A DNA stretch of 64,000 nt from an uncultured delta proteobacterium. GTDB lineage: Bacteria > Desulfobacterota > Binatia > UBA9968. A program made the position numbers and the translations under genes. Shown in pieces: positions 61,025 through 64,000 of the stretch; positions within the stretch are counted from its first letter, which is position 1, and each line of letters opens with the position of its first letter. Location: positions 32,001-96,000 of the forward strand of contig CAWFJP010000014.1 of NCBI GenBank assembly GCA_963816145.1, read 5' to 3'. Below the pieces are notes generated by a model. The model was not told the DNA's origin. It did no database searches and was given only the letters and a program-made list of their open reading frames with translations.

Positions 61025-61094
61025 CGTAAGGGGTAAAGGGTCAGGGGTGAGGCGATCCGGAAAACGCCTAACCCTTCACCCCTTACGCCTTACG
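61025..61094. repeat. Inverted pair of heptamer repeat tracts
   Basis: CGTAAGG GGTAAAG GGTCAGG GGTGAGG ... CCTAACC CTTCACC CCTTACG CCTTACG. Confidence 0.7.
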
Positions 61095-61105
61095 ATCTTC
61101 CGTCA

Positions 61106-62113
61106 TTACTTCACTCTCAGCGCCCGCTCCCAGCCTAGCTCTCGCAGCTCTTTATAAACTTCGCGGGTGAAGCGGAAGTCGAAAATCTGCTCGACAGGCA
61201 CGTCTTTCTGGACGTTGAGCATACGTTTGGCGATCTCGATGTCCGACTTCTGAGTTTCGACGTCCTCGGTGCCGTCAGCGGTCATCATTTCCATGGTTGC
61301 GTCGTAGTCGGCGCTGCGCACGTCGTCGGGGGATTTGTCATATTTCTTGCCGAGGGCGAGGGCTTGAGCTTTATTGCGTTTGAGGAACTCGCGCCCCTTG
61401 ACCGTGGCGCGAAGGAAACGGCGGACCAACTCGGGCCTTTTGACCACGGTTTCTTCCGTGGTGGCCAGCCCCATGTAGAGCATTTTGATTTCCTGGCCGA
61501 TGTTGACGACCTCATGCACTTGGAAACCACGCGTCTGCATGCGCAGCGAGTCGGCAAAGCCCAATACAGCCGAATCGACGGTCTTGGCGGCTAACGAAGT
61601 CACGCGACCGCCGGTGCCCAGCGCGACCCAGATGACATCGCGCAAAGGGTCCATATTGTACTTGCGCAGTATCAAATTCGCCGCGCCTTCCATAGTGTCG
61701 CCGCGGGAGGCGATGCCGATGCCTTTGCCGCGCAGGTCCGGCACTTTGCGGATCTCGTCGCGCCAGCTAAGTATTTTATAGAGCGGACGGTCAAGGTTGA
61801 CGTAGACGACTTTGAGCTTGATGCCGCGCAGACTGGCATTCAAAGACGACCCCGCCGAGGTGCTGAAATGCAAATCGCCGGCGACCAAAGCCTGGGTCGC
61901 TAAGCCGCCGGGCATGGCGATGAATTCGACATTGAGGCCCTCGTCGCGATAGTAGCCGAGCTCTTTGGCGAGGAAATTGGGATAGTAAATCACGCCGGAG
62001 CTGGCATAGGAGACGCGCAGATCGTCGAGCTTGGCGCTTTGGCCAAAAAGCGGTGTTACCGAAACGAGCCAACTTAGCAACGCGACGAACATCGAAAGAC
62101 GAGGTAGATTCAT
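61106..62113 (-). CDS. ABC substrate-binding protein, NMT1/SsuA-like
   Basis: GYYRDEGLNVE, DLRGKGIGIASRGD, IFDFRF. Confidence 0.85.
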   Translation of the reverse strand: MNLPRLSMFVALLSWLVSVTPLFGQSAKLDDLRVSYASSGVIYYPNFLAKELGYYRDEGLNVEFIAMPGGLATQALVAGDLHFSTSAGSSLNASLRGIKLKVVYVNLDRPLYKILSWRDEIRKVPDLRGKGIGIASRGDTMEGAANLILRKYNMDPLRDVIWVALGTGGRVTSLAAKTVDSAVLGFADSLRMQTRGFQVHEVVNIGQEIKMLYMGLATTEETVVKRPELVRRFLRATVKGREFLKRNKAQALALGKKYDKSPDDVRSADYDATMEMMTADGTEDVETQKSDIEIAKRMLNVQKDVPVEQIFDFRFTREVYKELRELGWERALRVK

Positions 62114-62217
62114 ATGCAAGTTTTATTACTTTCGATACGTTATAAACGCAAGCACGGCAGTGCAACTTGTCTCTGCCGGCGGCGTGCGATATACACGCGA
62201 TTTGAGGAGTAAATGTT

Positions 62218-63111
62218 ATGACGAATTCAAATCAAATTCTATTGGAACGCATCGACCACGGTGTCTTGCCGTCCAATGACCTCGGCCGGGCTTTTCGATT
62301 TTGGTCGGGATTTATGGGCGGGCAGATCGGCCATCACACCAATTTCAACACCCGCGGGCTCAACCGCGAAGTGCCGATGATTATTTTTATGACTGTGGCC
62401 AATCACCGCGGTTTCGGCTTGGCGTTGCAGGATTTTCGCATCTCGGCCAATCCGGCGCGCCGCTTGGACGGCATTGTCTGGGGCTTCGAAGTGGCCACCG
62501 ACAATCTCGATGCGGCAGTTGAGGTAGCGCAAAAGCAGAATCTCCGCTGCGAGCGCGTCGCGGACTATCCGGCATCGAGCCCGATCAAAGACTCGCTGTT
62601 CGTGCTTGATCCCGATGGCAACACGGTAGAATTATGCGTGCGCAAACAGCCCTCGAGCCAAGCGCCGCAAGCCGGCCCGGTGCCGCTTCGGCGCATCAGC
62701 CATGTGCGCGTCGAGGTCACCGATCTTGACCAGGGGCGGGAATGGTACGCCAATACGTTCGGCTTGGTGGTTGGCGAACAAGTGCCGGGTGATGGGCAAC
62801 TAACCATGACTGTGGCCAAGTCGAATCAGCTGGTGATCCTGCGCAAAGTCGACAAAGTTGCCGACCGCAGCACTCAATGCTACAAAGGCCCCCACGTCGA
62901 TCTGCGCTCGGATGAAGCGTCCTATCCGGAAATGCTCAAACGGTTCAACCGCAAAGAGACCTACTGGGGCCCCGATCCCAATCTGATCCCCTGGCATGAG
63001 CCCGACACCAATACGGCCTATGGTTACGATCCGTTCGGCAATCGTATCCAAATCGGCATCATCGCCAAGCGGCCGATGCACCACGGCGATATCGCGCGCT
63101 TTCGGACGTAA
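62218..63111 (+). CDS. Two-domain VOC (glyoxalase/extradiol dioxygenase-fold) protein
   Basis: RIDH, DPDGNTVEL, RISHV, DPFGNRIQI. Confidence 0.85.
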   Translation: MTNSNQILLERIDHGVLPSNDLGRAFRFWSGFMGGQIGHHTNFNTRGLNREVPMIIFMTVANHRGFGLALQDFRISANPARRLDGIVWGFEVATDNLDAAVEVAQKQNLRCERVADYPASSPIKDSLFVLDPDGNTVELCVRKQPSSQAPQAGPVPLRRISHVRVEVTDLDQGREWYANTFGLVVGEQVPGDGQLTMTVAKSNQLVILRKVDKVADRSTQCYKGPHVDLRSDEASYPEMLKRFNRKETYWGPDPNLIPWHEPDTNTAYGYDPFGNRIQIGIIAKRPMHHGDIARFRT

Positions 63112-63160
63112 GAAATTTAGCCGCAACGAGCGCAAAGAACGCAAAATAGGAATCGGAATA

Positions 63161-63290
63161 TCTCCCGCAAAGGCGCCAAGGCGCAAAGTTGACGGGCACA
63201 AGCCCGTCATCGCAAGCGAAGCGATGAGATCTAGATTTCTCGCTCCGCTCGAAATGACAATAAAGTCGAACCGAGCGTCTTTGCCGGAGT
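63161..63290. repeat. Composite CGCAAAG-shell/GTCAT-REP element (second copy)
   Basis: TCTCCCGCAAAGGCGCCAAGGCGCAAAG identical to 6704-6731; inner GTCATC...GAAATGAC. Confidence 0.75.
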
Positions 63291-63305
63291 AAATCCCAAA
63301 TTGAA

Positions 63306-64000
63306 ATGTTATCACTAAGAATCCTGTTCTCGGTTTGCGTGGCATTCGTACTCGCGTTGATATACGCGCAAGTAATCTCGGCCGCCGAGGAGAAGGTCCG
63401 CTTCTCCGTCGCTGCGGTTACGGCCAGCTACATGGACGAGTTTGTCGCCATCGAGAAAGGGTATCATCGCGACGAGGGTCTTCCCGTGGAGATGATCCGC
63501 GCCGGCGGCGGGATCGCGACCCAGGCGCTGATGGCCGGTGATCTGCACTTCAGCACCTCGGCGGGATCGGCGTTGAGCGCCATGCTGCGCGGCGCCGAGA
63601 TCAAAGTGGTCTACACCAACATCGACCGGCCCGGTTACCAGATTTGGTCGGGACACGCCGATATCAAGCAGTTGAACGATTTGCGCGGCAAACGGGTCGG
63701 CGTGACCAGCCGCGGCGACACCCAAGAGTTGTCGGTGCGCTTGCTGTTGCGCAAGCATGGCATCGACGCCAACTCCGTCGCCTATGTGCCGGTAGGCTTC
63801 GGCGCGCAGCGGTTGGCCGCGCTGCAGGCGGGCAGTGTCGAAGCGGTGCCGTTGGGCGTCGGAGATTTCGCGCAGTTGAAAGAGCCCAAAGGCCATATGC
63901 TCGGCGATACCAAAAAGGAGATTCGCTTCGCCTACGTCGGCTTGGCGGTGGCGAGCAAGCTGATCGCGCGCCGGCCGGAGCTGGTCGAGAAATTTCTCCG
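63306..64000 (+). CDS. ABC substrate-binding protein, NMT1/SsuA-like (partial, runs off window end)
   Basis: Manual translation MLSLRILFSVCVAFVLALIYAQVISAAEEKVRFSVAAVTASYMDEFVAIEKGYHRDEGLPVE... Confidence 0.85.
   Translation, partial: MLSLRILFSVCVAFVLALIYAQVISAAEEKVRFSVAAVTASYMDEFVAIEKGYHRDEGLPVEMIRAGGGIATQALMAGDLHFSTSAGSALSAMLRGAEIKVVYTNIDRPGYQIWSGHADIKQLNDLRGKRVGVTSRGDTQELSVRLLLRKHGIDANSVAYVPVGFGAQRLAALQAGSVEAVPLGVGDFAQLKEPKGHMLGDTKKEIRFAYVGLAVASKLIARRPELVEKFL

Overview
GC-rich bacterial chromosomal window. The gene style (many NMT1/SsuA-type substrate-binding proteins, LLM monooxygenases, UbiD, Tct) resembles uncultured Binatota/'Deltaproteobacteria' MAGs; this is inference. From left to right: an AT-richer accessory patch (1.35-5.5 kb) with toxin-antitoxin modules and remnants, a captured histone-deacetylase fragment and a PD-(D/E)XK-like ORF; an Rrf2-led sulfate-assimilation/siroheme operon (6.9-16 kb) that is heavily frameshifted, probably by consensus errors; many catabolic/transport genes; and one complete ISAs1-family element (26728-28666, 10-bp target duplication) whose transposase carries a DUF4338/DruA-like domain and is split at an A_AAA_AAG slippery site. 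Intergenic DNA holds several families of nested palindromic/MITE elements and heptamer repeats. One 169-bp MITE is inserted in frame into a lipoprotein signal peptide. A small protein with a candidate sigma54 promoter has a fully structured 3' UTR exposing a perfect anti-Shine-Dalgarno loop. No rRNA, tRNA or CRISPR array was seen. All family calls come from motif recognition by eye; no searches were run.
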